From contig NC_068981.1 of assembly GCF_001194135.2 (NCBI RefSeq), positions 135,206,611 to 135,270,610 on the forward strand: a stretch of DNA of 64,000 nt. Direction: 5' to 3'. The stretch comes from Octopus bimaculoides (lineage: Eukaryota). Under the pieces are notes generated by a model. It did not search any database and was not told the DNA's origin. It saw only the letters and a list, made by a program, of their open reading frames with translations. A program made the position numbers and the translations under genes. Positions 25,687 through 36,756 of this stretch are shown here, one piece after another (position 1 is the stretch's first letter; each line of letters opens with the position of its first letter).

Positions 25687-26089
25687 AGGAAGCGGTCCAG
25701 CTTCCTAGGGCTAAACGGCAGTAGTGTGTTCCCTTCTTGGGATTGTCACATTAAGTTGACAATACACTACAACTTTATCGCTGCACTACTGCTTAAATCT
25801 CTCTGAGAGATTTGGAAATATTATATTTCTAATTTTGCTGATCAGTGAATAAACTTCACTATGATCATATAAGTTTGCGAGAGCTAAACAAGCTTCTTTA
25901 ACTAGCTGGCAAGCTACTTTAGGCTGATGATGAGCAAAGACTCAGAAACATGTCCCTGAATGCTGGCTAGGCTGGGTGGAGGAGCTTGTCTTCCCCTCGC
26001 AAACTTAAGGACACAGTAATTGTGTCAAGGCAGACAGGAAGCGGTCCAGCTTCCTAGGGCTAAACGGCAGTAGTGTGTTCCTTTCTTGG
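25687..26089 (+). mobile_element. Retrozyme-like element: 349-bp unit plus 54-bp terminal redundancy, containing a hammerhead ribozyme
   Basis: Direct repeats 25687-25740 and 26036-26089 (1 mismatch); no ORF; nested helices around the HHR; sits in a (TA)-rich tract between two SINEs. Confidence 0.7.
25918..25960 (+). ncRNA. Type I hammerhead ribozyme, canonical core, predicted cleavage GUC^ after 25954
   Basis: Helix I TTTAGG/CCTGAA (6 bp, one GU), CTGATGA 25924-25930, helix II TGAG-caaaga-CTCA, GAAA 25945-25948, palindromic helix III ACATGT, GTC 25952-25954. Confidence 0.85.
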
Positions 26090-26121
26090 CATTTATATAT
26101 ATATATATTATATATTGTGTA

Positions 26122-26483
26122 GGCGCAGGAGTGGCTGTGTGGTAAGTAGTTTGCGTATGAACCACATGGTTCCGGGTTCAGTCCCACTGTGTGGTACCTT
26201 GGGCAAGTGTCTTCTATTGTAGCCTCGGACCGACCAAAGCCTAGTGAGTTAATTTGGTAGGTGGAAACTGAAAGAAGCTCATTGTATATATATGTGTGTG
26301 TGTTTGTCCCCCACCCATCGCTTGACAACTGATGCTTGTGTGCTTACATCCCTGTAACATAGCAGTTCAGCAAAAGAGACCAATAGCTTACAAGAATAAG
26401 TCCTGGGGTTGATTTGTTCGACTAAAGGCAGTGCTCCAGCATGGCTGCAGTCAAATGACTGAAACAAATAAAAGAATAAAGAA
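26122..26483 (+). mobile_element. SINE family A, near full length
   Basis: ggcgcaggagtggctgtgtggtaagtag...ggttccgggttcagtcccactg...gcagtcaaatgactgaaac. Confidence 0.9.
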
Positions 26484-28716
26484 TATATATACATATATAT
26501 ATATACAGAGAGAGAGAGAGCGAGAGAGAGAGAGAGAGAGAGATCTAAGATAACTCAAAGGAGTCAGCAATGTAAATTTAGATTGTAAATGCAATGTTGT
26601 GGAAGTCATAGTGCACTGAATAGCAATCATGAGAAATTCTTAATGTATTGAAATTTGCTTAATAAACAGAGAAGAAAAACATATAATTCCTAGGGGCAAT
26701 TATTAAGAATTCTGAACAAGAAGGGAAGATGATTTTAAGAAATTAAACGCAACTCCTTGGTTGAATAAACATGTTTAGAGAGAAAGGACAATGTGTTCTT
26801 TATTTTGATGCATGTTTCAGTGTCGATTTGGCCTCATCAACATAACATTGTTTTTCTCACTTTCTCAAACAGATATAGCCAATTTGGGTGTGAGACATTT
26901 TGGCACAGCCATTCTTGCGCTGCCTGTTTGTTGTTGCTAATTAGACATTGACCTATTTGACAGCAGATGTTTTAATATTTCTCTCATTTAACGTTTTTCT
27001 TTTTCTCTCTCCTCCTTTCTCTGTCTCTCCCTGTCTCTTTCTCCCTCTGTCTCTTTCTCTCTCTTTATCTCTTTCTCTCTCTCTATCTCTTTCTCTCCAT
27101 ATGTGTATATTTTTACATGCACATGCATTTCTTTGTGTGTGTGTGTTTGCCTCCAGCATAAAAATATACTGATGCCAAAAGAGAGTGAATGTCCAGTCAC
27201 CAGTGCCAAATGATCAGTGTCGAAACAGCCACACCCAATTGACTCAGTCCAAGACAATTTAACATATAAAAGAAGACTTTAATACATTCTTGTCTAAGAG
27301 TAATTAGCATAATTAAAACTAAATGGAAATGTGAGAAAAATAATACAAAATTGACAAAGGTGCATAATTAATGCAGTTACAATAATTTATCAAAAATTTC
27401 CCTTTTGGAAACAAGGAAAACAAAATTCTGAAACCTGGCAGGAATTGTTAACAGTTCTGAATTTATACAATTTCATGTCACATGGACCATTTGGGTTATT
27501 TTCTCTTAGATGCTTTTAATTTTAATTATGGCAATTACCCTTTGCCAAGAATGAGGGCCAGAGTGAGAAGTAGATAATAGAATGACAAAAGAAGAGAATT
27601 TGAGAGATTAGATGAGAGAAAAAGATAGAGAGAGTGTATGAGTGAGTGATAGACAGCTACATGATGGTTATTGATAAGAAGAATGAATAGAAACAATGTG
27701 ACCAAGTAGAGTGATACAACAGAGACAGTCATTGAGAGAAAGAGAGTGATAAGAGAAGCAGGTAAAGAGAAGAAAGTAATACATGAAAGACAAAGAGAGT
27801 AGTATACCACCAGACATATATATATATATATATATATACATACACATATATATCAATAACACCAGCTACATTCACCAACTTAGGTTGATCAGTACATCCA
27901 CTACCAGCATCAACACACAATTCCGTCATTACCATTAGCAACACAATAGTCTTCTGACATCATCAATGTTCACCTGCCATATATCTGTGTGTATGTATGT
28001 GTGTTTGTGTGTGTGTCTCTGTGTGTGTGTATGCATACATCCATATGTACGTATTGTATGTATGCATGTAATCTTTTTTTTTTACTTGTTTTAATTATTC
28101 AACTGTGGCCATGCTGGGGCACTACCTTGAAGTATTTTAAGCAAATGAGTTGATTGCAGAGCTTATTTTCCTTTTTAAAGCCTGTTACTTATTCTGTTAG
28201 TTTATTTTGCCAAACTGCTAAGTTATGGGGACACAAACACCACAAGCAGAGGTGGAGGACAAACACACATACACCCATGTGCCAACATGCATACACACAC
28301 ACACGCGTGCGCACACACACACGAACACCTCATCACCACAGTTATTGCTTCTCTCCACCCCAACCACTCTTTCATTCTCTTCTAAATTGAGTAGTCATGT
28401 AACCTCTCTACACCAAAAAACCTTGCTTTTTGCTCTGACCCTTTGTCTCTTACTTCAACCCTCATCTCCTAGCATAAAGTCACCTCTCTCAAGGTTTGTA
28501 GTCCAGCAAGCTGCATGGTGACTTCACTAATTCTGGTGATACAAAAATGGCACCCAATACATGCTGTAAAGGAAGGACATCAAGCCATAGAAACCATGCC
28601 AAAATAGACAGTGGAGGTTGTGCGTCCAGGCAACCCTTTTCAGGGATAGCACTGCCTGCTCCATTTTGGCTGATAGTTAGCAAGGTGAGACACACATAAG
28701 AAAGAAGAAAGCAAAG

Positions 28717-28760
28717 GACCACTGATGAGGTCACAGAAGTGTGACGAAAGAACTCTGGTC
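28717..28760 (+). ncRNA. Minimal type I hammerhead ribozyme, predicted cleavage CUC^ after 28755
   Basis: Helix I GACCA/TGGTC (5 bp perfect), CTGATGA 28722-28728, extra G, helix II GTCACA-gaag-TGTGAC, GAAA, short helix III AG-aa-CT, C17. Confidence 0.75.
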
Positions 28761-28870
28761 GAAATAGGATTAATGTAATATAATGTAATATAAAGCTGAA
28801 GCAAATTAACACCAAATATACAGTGCATGTGTTTTTATTGGCTAAACTGGCAATATGACAATCCCCAAGT

Positions 28871-28902
<32 letters not shown>

Positions 28903-29020
28903 CTATATATATATATATACACACATATATGTATATATATACATATATGTATGTATTCACCATGATATATCGCTAGCTACTACACATTCCTTTTTTTCTC
29001 TCCATGTTTCTTTCTGTGTT

Positions 29021-29090
29021 CCGTTCTGTGGAAGAGCGTAGGCTCGAAACGTTAAAGACTTTTTCACTTCCTGAGCGTTAAACTAATATT
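29021..29090 (+). ncRNA. Hammerhead-like variant (CUGUGGA core), Penelope-like terminal repeat
   Basis: TT-CTGTGGA-A-GAGC gtag GCTC-GAAA-CGTT-AAAG followed by cttcctgagcgtta, the same downstream signature as the 22.5 kb copy. Confidence 0.4.
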
Positions 29091-29305
29091 TTAAGCTTTA
29101 TTTCCACTCATCTTTCGCACTATATTTCTCTATTCTTAATTTTCTATTAATTTCTTTCTTTCGCTTCCTTCTCTTTCTCTAAATTGCCACTGATGTTAAA
29201 TCTATTAACGTTTTTTTTTAAAAATAACTTGCCCGCATTCCTTTCATCATATACAGGGTAATCAAATTCGTTTAAATGGCTTATTGGTGTGTTTTGTTTC
29301 TCTTT

Positions 29306-29393
29306 TTTCCCTGAAGAGATGATTACATTGTTTTACATCATTTTATTCCCTCAGGTATAATATCAATATTTTCTTCGAAACATATGTCGGAAG
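29306..29393 (+). ncRNA. Hammerhead-like motif with an expanded helix II domain, predicted GUC^ after 29388
   Basis: TTTCC-CTGAAGA(29311-29317)-59-nt insert closed only by GA/TC-GAAA-CATATGTC^GGAAG; palindromic helix III ACATATGT; 5-bp helix I. Confidence 0.5.
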
Positions 29394-30256
29394 TATAAAG
29401 ATTTGAATAACACCTGCAATTAACTCCATTTCTTAATTTATGTATGTATCTGTGCGTGTGTGTGTATGCATGTATATATATATATATNNNNNNNNNNNNN
29501 NNNNNNNNNNNNNNNNNNNNNNNNNNNNNNNNNNNNNNNNNNNNNNNNNNNNNNNNNNNNNNNNNNNNNNNNNNNNNNNNNNNNNNNNNNNNNNNNNNNN
29601 NNNNNNNNNNNNNNNNNNNNNNNNNNNNNNNNNNNNNNNNNNNNNNNNNNNNNNNNNNNNNNNNNNNNNNNNNNNNNNNNNNNNNNNNNNNNNNNNNNNN
29701 NNNNNNNNNNNNNNNNNNNNNNNNNNNNNNNNNNNNNNNNNNNNNNNNNNNNNNNNNNNNNNNNNNNNNNNNNNNNNNNNNNNNNNNNNNNNNNNNNNNN
29801 NNNNNNNNNNNNNNNNNNNNNNNNNNNNNNNNNNNNNNNNNNNNNNNNNNNNNNNNNNNNNNNNNNNNNNNNNNNNNNNNNNNNNNNNNNNNNNNNNNNN
29901 NNNNNNNNNNNNNNNNNNNNNNNNNNNNNNNNNNNNNNNNNNNNNNNNNNNNNNNNNNNNNNNNNNNNNNNNNNNNNNNNNNNNNNNNNNNNNNNNNNNN
30001 NNNNNNNNNNNNNNNNNNNNNNNNNNNNNNNNNNNNNNNNNNNNNNNNNNNNNNNNNNNNNNNNNNNNNNNNNNNNNNNNNNNNNNNNNNNNNNNNNNNN
30101 NNNNNNNNNNNNNNNNNNNNNNNNNNNNNNNNNNNNNNNNNNNNNNNNNNNNNNNNNNNNNNNNNNNNNNNNNNNNNNNNNNNNNNNNNNNNNNNNNNNN
30201 NNNNNNNNNNNNNNNNNNNNNNNNNNNNNNNNNNNNNNNNNNNNNNNNNNNNNNNG

Positions 30257-30344
<88 letters not shown>

Positions 30345-30823
30345 ACACACACATACATATATTTGTATATTTATATACTTTTAGTTATGCACGCATATAC
30401 ACGCATCTTAATCTGTTATTTTTCTCTTGTTTCAGTCAGTTTTGTGGCCATACTGGAGCACTGCCTTGAAGGGTTTAGTCGCATAAATCGATCCCATATC
30501 ATGTGCATGTTTGTAAAACAAGGGTTAGCCGAATATAACGAGGCATTGTTTTACAGATGGATTCACGTCCTGTCTCTAACCTTTACATGTTTTTTTCTTC
30601 TCCGGGTAAGGGGTCTCATATTCTACACGTCTACGAAGGGGCAAGCCCACCCGACAGTTTATTGACAGGGAATATGGCAAGCCGTCACTTGTATCTCAGC
30701 AATTTTCGGAGAAGTGCAAGTATAAACAAGCCGCAAATGCACATGTAAAATGAACACTCGTATGGGTGTACGTACGTATGTATGTATTGTATTGTACATA
30801 TTTGTGTATGTATGTGTACACAC

Positions 30824-30869
<46 letters not shown>

Positions 30870-31949
30870 CTGTTTATTATATCAAATATATACAAATTTA
30901 TTTAGGTTTAGGTCCTTGAATCATTTTGTAACTTCTGCCGATTAAAAAAAAAAGTACACACACACACAAATTTAGAGGCCACACGAGGTAGATAAACGTG
31001 GTAAGATACGCATGCCTTTATTTTTCAAGGACGTTAGCGGCCTGAGTGAAGCACTTTAATTATGTCTAAGCTGAACTTGTAACTAATTTAGTTGAGATCA
31101 TAAGAAATAGCCTGACAACAAAAGTCGAACGTCCCACAAAGGAACTGGAAATGATAATAAATTATTTCAAGACGATAGAAGAAAAAAAAAAAAAACGTGG
31201 TGCTGGTAGATGATGATAATGCAGATGTAGTCACATTGTCAGCTTTCATTTTTGTCTCCACATGTTCTCTCTTCCTCTCGCTATCATTTGTTGTTGAACA
31301 TAGTTGTAAGAATAGTCATTAACTGGTAAATTTCTTGTTACCACATGCTTATCTAACCCCACTGATGTCGTTCGGTCTTATGATCCATAGTTTTTCATTA
31401 ATAATAATTTTATAGTCATAGAGAAAATTACGTAATGAAGAAATATATTAATAAAACATTTAATTTTCTTTTTGCTGACATAACCTATCAGTTGTTCGCC
31501 TCAGACTAGTTAATTCTTAATTTATTAACTACAGCAGTTTTTTTTATACACGTGTGTGAGAGCATCTTCGCAAACATTTTAATTCAAGACAAGTTTGGCG
31601 AGAGCGATCCCAACATGTGTATTTTTCATTTCAGTAGTAAATATAAAAACGACTGGGACTGTCACATTGAGTTGGCAGTATACAAAAACGACATTGTTAT
31701 ATAGATAAAACAAATTTACAGCATATTACTAGCTACCACGAGGTTTTAAGATTTGAACCCCTCCACTCATAAAAATGTGTTCCGTATTCAAAGTAATGAC
31801 GTTAAAGGTTTCGCTTTGAGAAACAAACCTCAATAATTTTTATATCCTCTTTAGTTCTCTAGACATTTTTTCGTGTGCGTAAAAAATTTTATTAAGTAAC
31901 TTATAGAAAGTTTACAGGGAACGATATCAGTGAAGGAACAAGATGTCCG

Positions 31950-32125
31950 TGACTATAGGTACAAGGGCTGAAATTTTAAGGAAGAGGGATAATCGATTAC
32001 AACGCCTTCAGTACATGACTGGTACGTATTTCATCGACGCCGTGAAGATGAAAGGCAAAGTGGATCTCAGCAGAATTTGAACTCAGATCGCAAAGACAGA
32101 CGAAATGCCGCTAAGCGTGAATTTT
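31950..32125 (-). mobile_element. SINE family B, diverged
   Basis: Reverse of 51140-51372 motif (gatgaaaggcaaagt.ga.ctc.gcagaatttgaactcaga). Confidence 0.7.
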
Positions 32126-32629
32126 CACGAGGTAAAACTCCATGAAACTGTCAGGGAAAAACCCGAAAAAGAAGATGAAAAAAATGAAGAAAATGCCGAA
32201 GTTAATCAAAATAGTCCGTCAGCCGGCATAACACACACACACACATCTATAAAGCTGATATTTATATTCTTTTATTTTAAAAATACACGTGTTGGGGTCC
32301 TGTTGATCGACCTCTTAAAATCTTTGAAATTTTACGAAGACACACACACAACACGTAATTATTAAGAATTAATAAATAAAAAGCAACTATATATATATAT
32401 ATATTATCTTATGATATTTACTTTGTATTTTATTATACTCATTTATTGTGCTTTTAATTATTAATTTTTCTGTATGTGACTGGATTTTCATCGATGAGTT
32501 CATGAACTTTGGTTTTTTCCCTAAAACTATATATTTATATATATTTTACTCTGTGAAGCTTAATTTAATTTTAATTTTTAATAAATTGATTTTAATTGAG
32601 TTTTTACCTGTAATTTTGGATTTTATCCC

Positions 32630-32670
<41 letters not shown>

Positions 32671-32704
32671 TTTTATTTGTCAAGAGTTGCAGTGGTTTCT
32701 AATA

Positions 32705-32860
32705 ATGTGCAAAGGACCTGAAATTTTGGAGAAGTGGGTAGTCGATTTTATTGTCGCCGGTACTTGACTGGTACTTTATTTTATCGATCCCAGAGGAAAG
32801 AAATGCAAAATTGACATCAGCGGTATTTGAACTCAGAATCTAGTCGGAACAAATACGAGA
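32705..32860 (-). mobile_element. SINE family B, diverged
   Basis: ctggtactttattttatcgatccc...gcggtatttgaactcagaa. Confidence 0.65.
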
Positions 32861-33435
32861 CTTGTTTTTTTTTTTTTTGAAGCTCGTCACTTAACAGTAT
32901 ATATTTATTAATTTTTACAAGACAAAGTTTTATAATAAATTCGCAGTTTGGAGTTACTAGATGTCATCAGACTATTTGATGACAGTAAACCGAGGTTTCG
33001 AAGTCACTGTCAACCTTTTCTTTGTGTATGTGTGCTTATCAGTGTCGAGGGCCTTCGGTATACTAACTGGTTTATAACTATGTTTACACACGCATACCCT
33101 GTCTATGTGTGTGTGAACTGTTTTATTATTTTAATATTCATAATGTGTATATGTATTTGTACAAGTGTGTGTGTGTGTACATACTTAGAAATAAATGCGA
33201 TCCGGTTTCGATTTCCAGTTAGTGCATTATCACTCACGCTATTACAGATTCTCTGGATACTTTCAGCATACACACACACACACACACGTTTCCGATTTTG
33301 TGTGCGTTTGTTTTGCACACACGCTTCCATTTTTATTTGTGTGCGTTTATCTGTTGATTAAAGTTTTTCACACACACACACTTACACATCGTGTACCCAT
33401 GGCAGAACTAATAATAGTGCGTTCCGCAGAGTAGC

Positions 33436-33449
33436 GTCGCTATGGTTAC
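33436..33449. promoter_or_regulatory. RFX X-box-like motif in a CpG-containing unique segment; candidate promoter
   Basis: GTCGCTATGGTTAC (reverse GTAACCATAGCGAC) fits GTNRCYATRGYRAC; CpG becomes sparse downstream of about 34.8 kb. Confidence 0.35.
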
Positions 33450-34561
33450 TGTACATCCTGTTTGTTCTGAAATATTTCTTTTCCGTATTTAAATTTCACA
33501 TTTGTAGGTTTTCATGTTTTATTTTTTTTCTTTCACTACTGTATTTTAAAATTCGTTTTGTTTTTAAACAATGAAAATAACTCTCCACATTTTTTCTTCT
33601 TAGTAAATGTTATACTTGGACAGTTTTTCTCACAGGGATCGCGGTTGTGAGACTCGAAAAGGATGAAAAGGAGGCGGATTAACTGTCATGTTTAATTAAA
33701 ATTCATCTGGTTTACAAACTTTTAAAGGCAAGACTTCCTTTGTNNNNNNNNNNNNNNNNNNNNNNNNNNNNNNNNNNNNNNNNNNNNNNNNNNNNNNNNN
33801 NNNNNNNNNNNNNNNNNNNNNNNNNNNNNNNNNNNNNNNNNNNNNNNNNNNNNNNNNNNNNNNNNNNNNNNNNNNNNNNNNNNNNNNNNNNNNNNNNNNN
33901 NNNNNNNNNNNNNNNNNNNNNNNNNNNNNNNNNNNNNNNNNNNNNNNNNNNNNNNNNNNNNNNNNNNNNNNNNNNNNNNNNNNNNNNNNNNNNNNNNNNN
34001 NNNNNNNNNNNNNNNNNNNNNNNNNNNNNNNNNNNNNNNNNNNNNNNNNNNNNNNNNNNNNNNNNNNNNNNNNNNNNNNNNNNNNNNNNNNNNNNNNNNN
34101 NNNNNNNNNNNNNNNNNNNNNNNNNNNNNNNNNNNNNNNNNNNNNNNNNNNNNNNNNNNNNNNNNNNNNNNNNNNNNNNNNNNNNNNNNNNNNNNNNNNN
34201 NNNNNNNNNNNNNNNNNNNNNNNNNNNNNNNNNNNNNNNNNNNNNNNNNNNNNNNNNNNNNNNNNNNNNNNNNNNNNNNNNNNNNNNNNNNNNNNNNNNN
34301 NNNNNNNNNNNNNNNNNNNNNNNNNNNNNNNNNNNNNNNNNNNNNNNNNNNNNNNNNNNNNNNNNNNNNNNNNNNNNNNNNNNNNNNNNNNNNNNNNNNN
34401 NNNNNNNNNNNNAAATACGCGGGAAAAATACGGAGATTATAATTCTGAAAAAAATTTCCAAAAATTTTTGTAAAACTTTTTTTCAGAAATTTTTTTTGTC
34501 AAAATATACAGAAAAATATGGAGGTTATGATTCTGAAAAAACTTTCCACAAATTTTTCTAT

Positions 34562-34631
34562 TTAGGGTTAGGGTTAGAGTTTTAGTTTTCCACAAATTTT
34601 TCTACTTAGGGTTAGGGTGGGGCTAGGGTTA
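34562..34631 (+). repeat. Short interstitial (TTAGGG)-like arrays inside a locally duplicated A/T-rich element
   Basis: ttagggttagggttagag ... ttagggttagggtggggctagggtt; ttttccacaaatttttcta repeated. Confidence 0.75.
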
Positions 34632-35405
34632 CGGAAAAAAGTGAAAAATGAAGAAATTGGAGGGGATGCCAGAAATTTCAAAATTCCAATTTTTGGCAAT
34701 TTTCCGGAATCTCCATATCTGAAAATGTGGGTTTTTGGCAAAAAAAAACAATAATTTGTGAGAAAATGGAGTGGGGAGGGAGGGCGGAGGAAGTCTTTCT
34801 GATACCATGCTGAGAAAATACGAATTAAATGGATGCATGTTCTATTTTATCTTTTCTGGTAGTATCATTGAACAAAATGCTTTGTGGTATTTCTGACTTT
34901 TTACGTTTTGGGTTCAATTCGCTCTGATGTCAACTTTACTTTTCATCGTTACTGAGTTGATAAAATAAAAGCAATCCTTCGATATTGGTACACGACATCA
35001 TTCACTCATGACATGAATGATGTTGTATCCTCATATAGACGCTCTGTAGACTGATATCGCAGAAATACCAAATAAAGTGGGATTGAAGCTGTCTACTAAT
35101 CTTCTTCCCTAAAATTTGCTGGCCTTGTACTTTAAATCAGAAACCAAAATAAGTGCTAACCAAGTACTGGAATTGATGGTGTCAACTAATTCGCTTACTG
35201 AATCTGCAGAGAAGACCAATAAAGAAGGCAATCTGGTGGTTCGCTGCTACAAAGATGCAAGCTGAGATCTGATCAGCCCTGGATGAAGGGGCTGCTACAG
35301 GGATGCAAGCTGGGACTCAAATTAAGCTTGGGTAATTAAACTGCCTGAAGGGGTCTGATGTTGAAATTCCCAAAACCTTCTGAAACCCTAGAAACATCAC
35401 TCATG

Positions 35406-35585
35406 CACTAGCATAGCTAGAGTGTGTGCCGCCTGGGACAGCCCTTCCATTTGCCACCCCAGATCCCACAAAAAACACATATTGCCTACAGCAATAGCCT
35501 ACAAGATGAAAAGTGTTTCTCAGGGCAGACTGCCCCCCCCCCCCNNNNNNNNNNAGACTGCCCCCCCCCCCTAGCTACACTAGTG
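35406..35585. mobile_element. Small hAT-like MITE remnant
   Basis: Imperfect terminal inverted cactagcatagctag / ctagctacactagtg with a poly-C subterminal run; no TSD seen; contains an N gap. Confidence 0.35.
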
Positions 35586-35934
35586 CAATAATGATGCATC
35601 CCAGAACTTCCGTAAGAAGTCTCTTGGAACTTTCCTCAGAATTTCTGGCCTTGAGTCTATATTAGAAACAATTAATAAAAAGGCAGGGGTGTGAAAAATG
35701 TTAGTAATATTTTTGATGCCGGGCAGAACCCTGGTATATGTTATCTTAAAAATCATTGGACCAGGGTATACTTTTTTTTTCTCTTGTTTCAGTCATTGGT
35801 CTATGGATATGCTAGGACAACACTTTTGAAGGGTTTTAGTCAAATATATTAACTCCAGTACTTATTTTGGCACTACTTAAATACAGAGGTCCCAATGCAT
35901 CTACATAACGATATGTTTTTACAGTGCACACTCA

Positions 35935-36040
35935 TTAGGGGGTTAGGGTTATGGTTAGTTTTAGGGTTCAGGTTAGTTAGGGTTAGGGTTAGTTTTAGGG
36001 CTAGTTAGAGTTTGGGTTACAGTTAGTTTTAGGGTTAGGG
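35935..36040 (+). repeat. Degenerate interstitial (TTAGGG)n array
   Basis: TTAGGG units interspersed with TTAG and TTTTAGGG variants over about 105 bp. Confidence 0.8.
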
Positions 36041-36756
36041 ATGTCTGCTTTGGTACGGTTTCCATGACTGGATGCCCTTGGGTGCTTTTAGTGTGGCATC
36101 AACAATAGTGAGGTTGCCAAGTAACTTGCAAGACAAAACCCCTCAACTAGGGGGAGTGGTATTGCGAAATGTAGTAGTAGTAGTTGAAACCTTGTGGGCA
36201 TTTTGGTAATGACTTCAGCAACATGATGATGATCATCATTATTTTAACACCCACTTTTCCATGGATGGAGTTTATTGAAGCAGATTTTCTACATCTGGAT
36301 GCCCTTCCTGTTACCGATCCCCACCTGTTTCTAACCAATGTAATATTTCCCCATGACCAGATGTTTTTACAGAATGTTGTAAGTAAATGATAACTGCTTG
36401 TATGGCAGCAACATTCATTTACAACTACTGTGCGATGTCAAGACAAGGAGACAATCATACACACACTTATACTCACACGTGTACATGCACACATACACAC
36501 AAGCACATATATGTGTGTGTGTGTGTGTGTAAAGCTAAGATCCAATGTGTCTACACGGGATCTCCTAATGACTATGTAAACTTCATATAATCAAGGTATC
36601 CTTGGCCTGAAGAGTAGCTTGCCGTCTACTCCTCGTTTGGATAATTTACTACTCCCAAGGTTCTGCTAGCTATGAGACATATGTAGCCTGGATTTTATCT
36701 ACTCCATTCCTTTCTTTCTCTATCTTCCTTCGCTTTTGGACTTTCCTCTGTCTCCT

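Noticed and set aside
29338-30665. ORFs of 286-401 aa in the track (also 33712-34585, 44885-45800, 50331-51203, 22048-22609, 16064-16613)
   Set aside because: Their length comes from N gaps plus TA/CA/GA microsatellites; only 44671-44946 has real (LINE) coding signal.
30557-30748. Unique CpG-containing segment with TTTACAG|ATG...CCG G|GTAAGG (possible small exon)
   Set aside because: Peptide not recognisable, no partner exons found; cannot be supported without RNA data.
34562-36040. True telomere or telomere-fusion scar
   Set aside because: Arrays are short, degenerate, same orientation and embedded in ordinary sequence.
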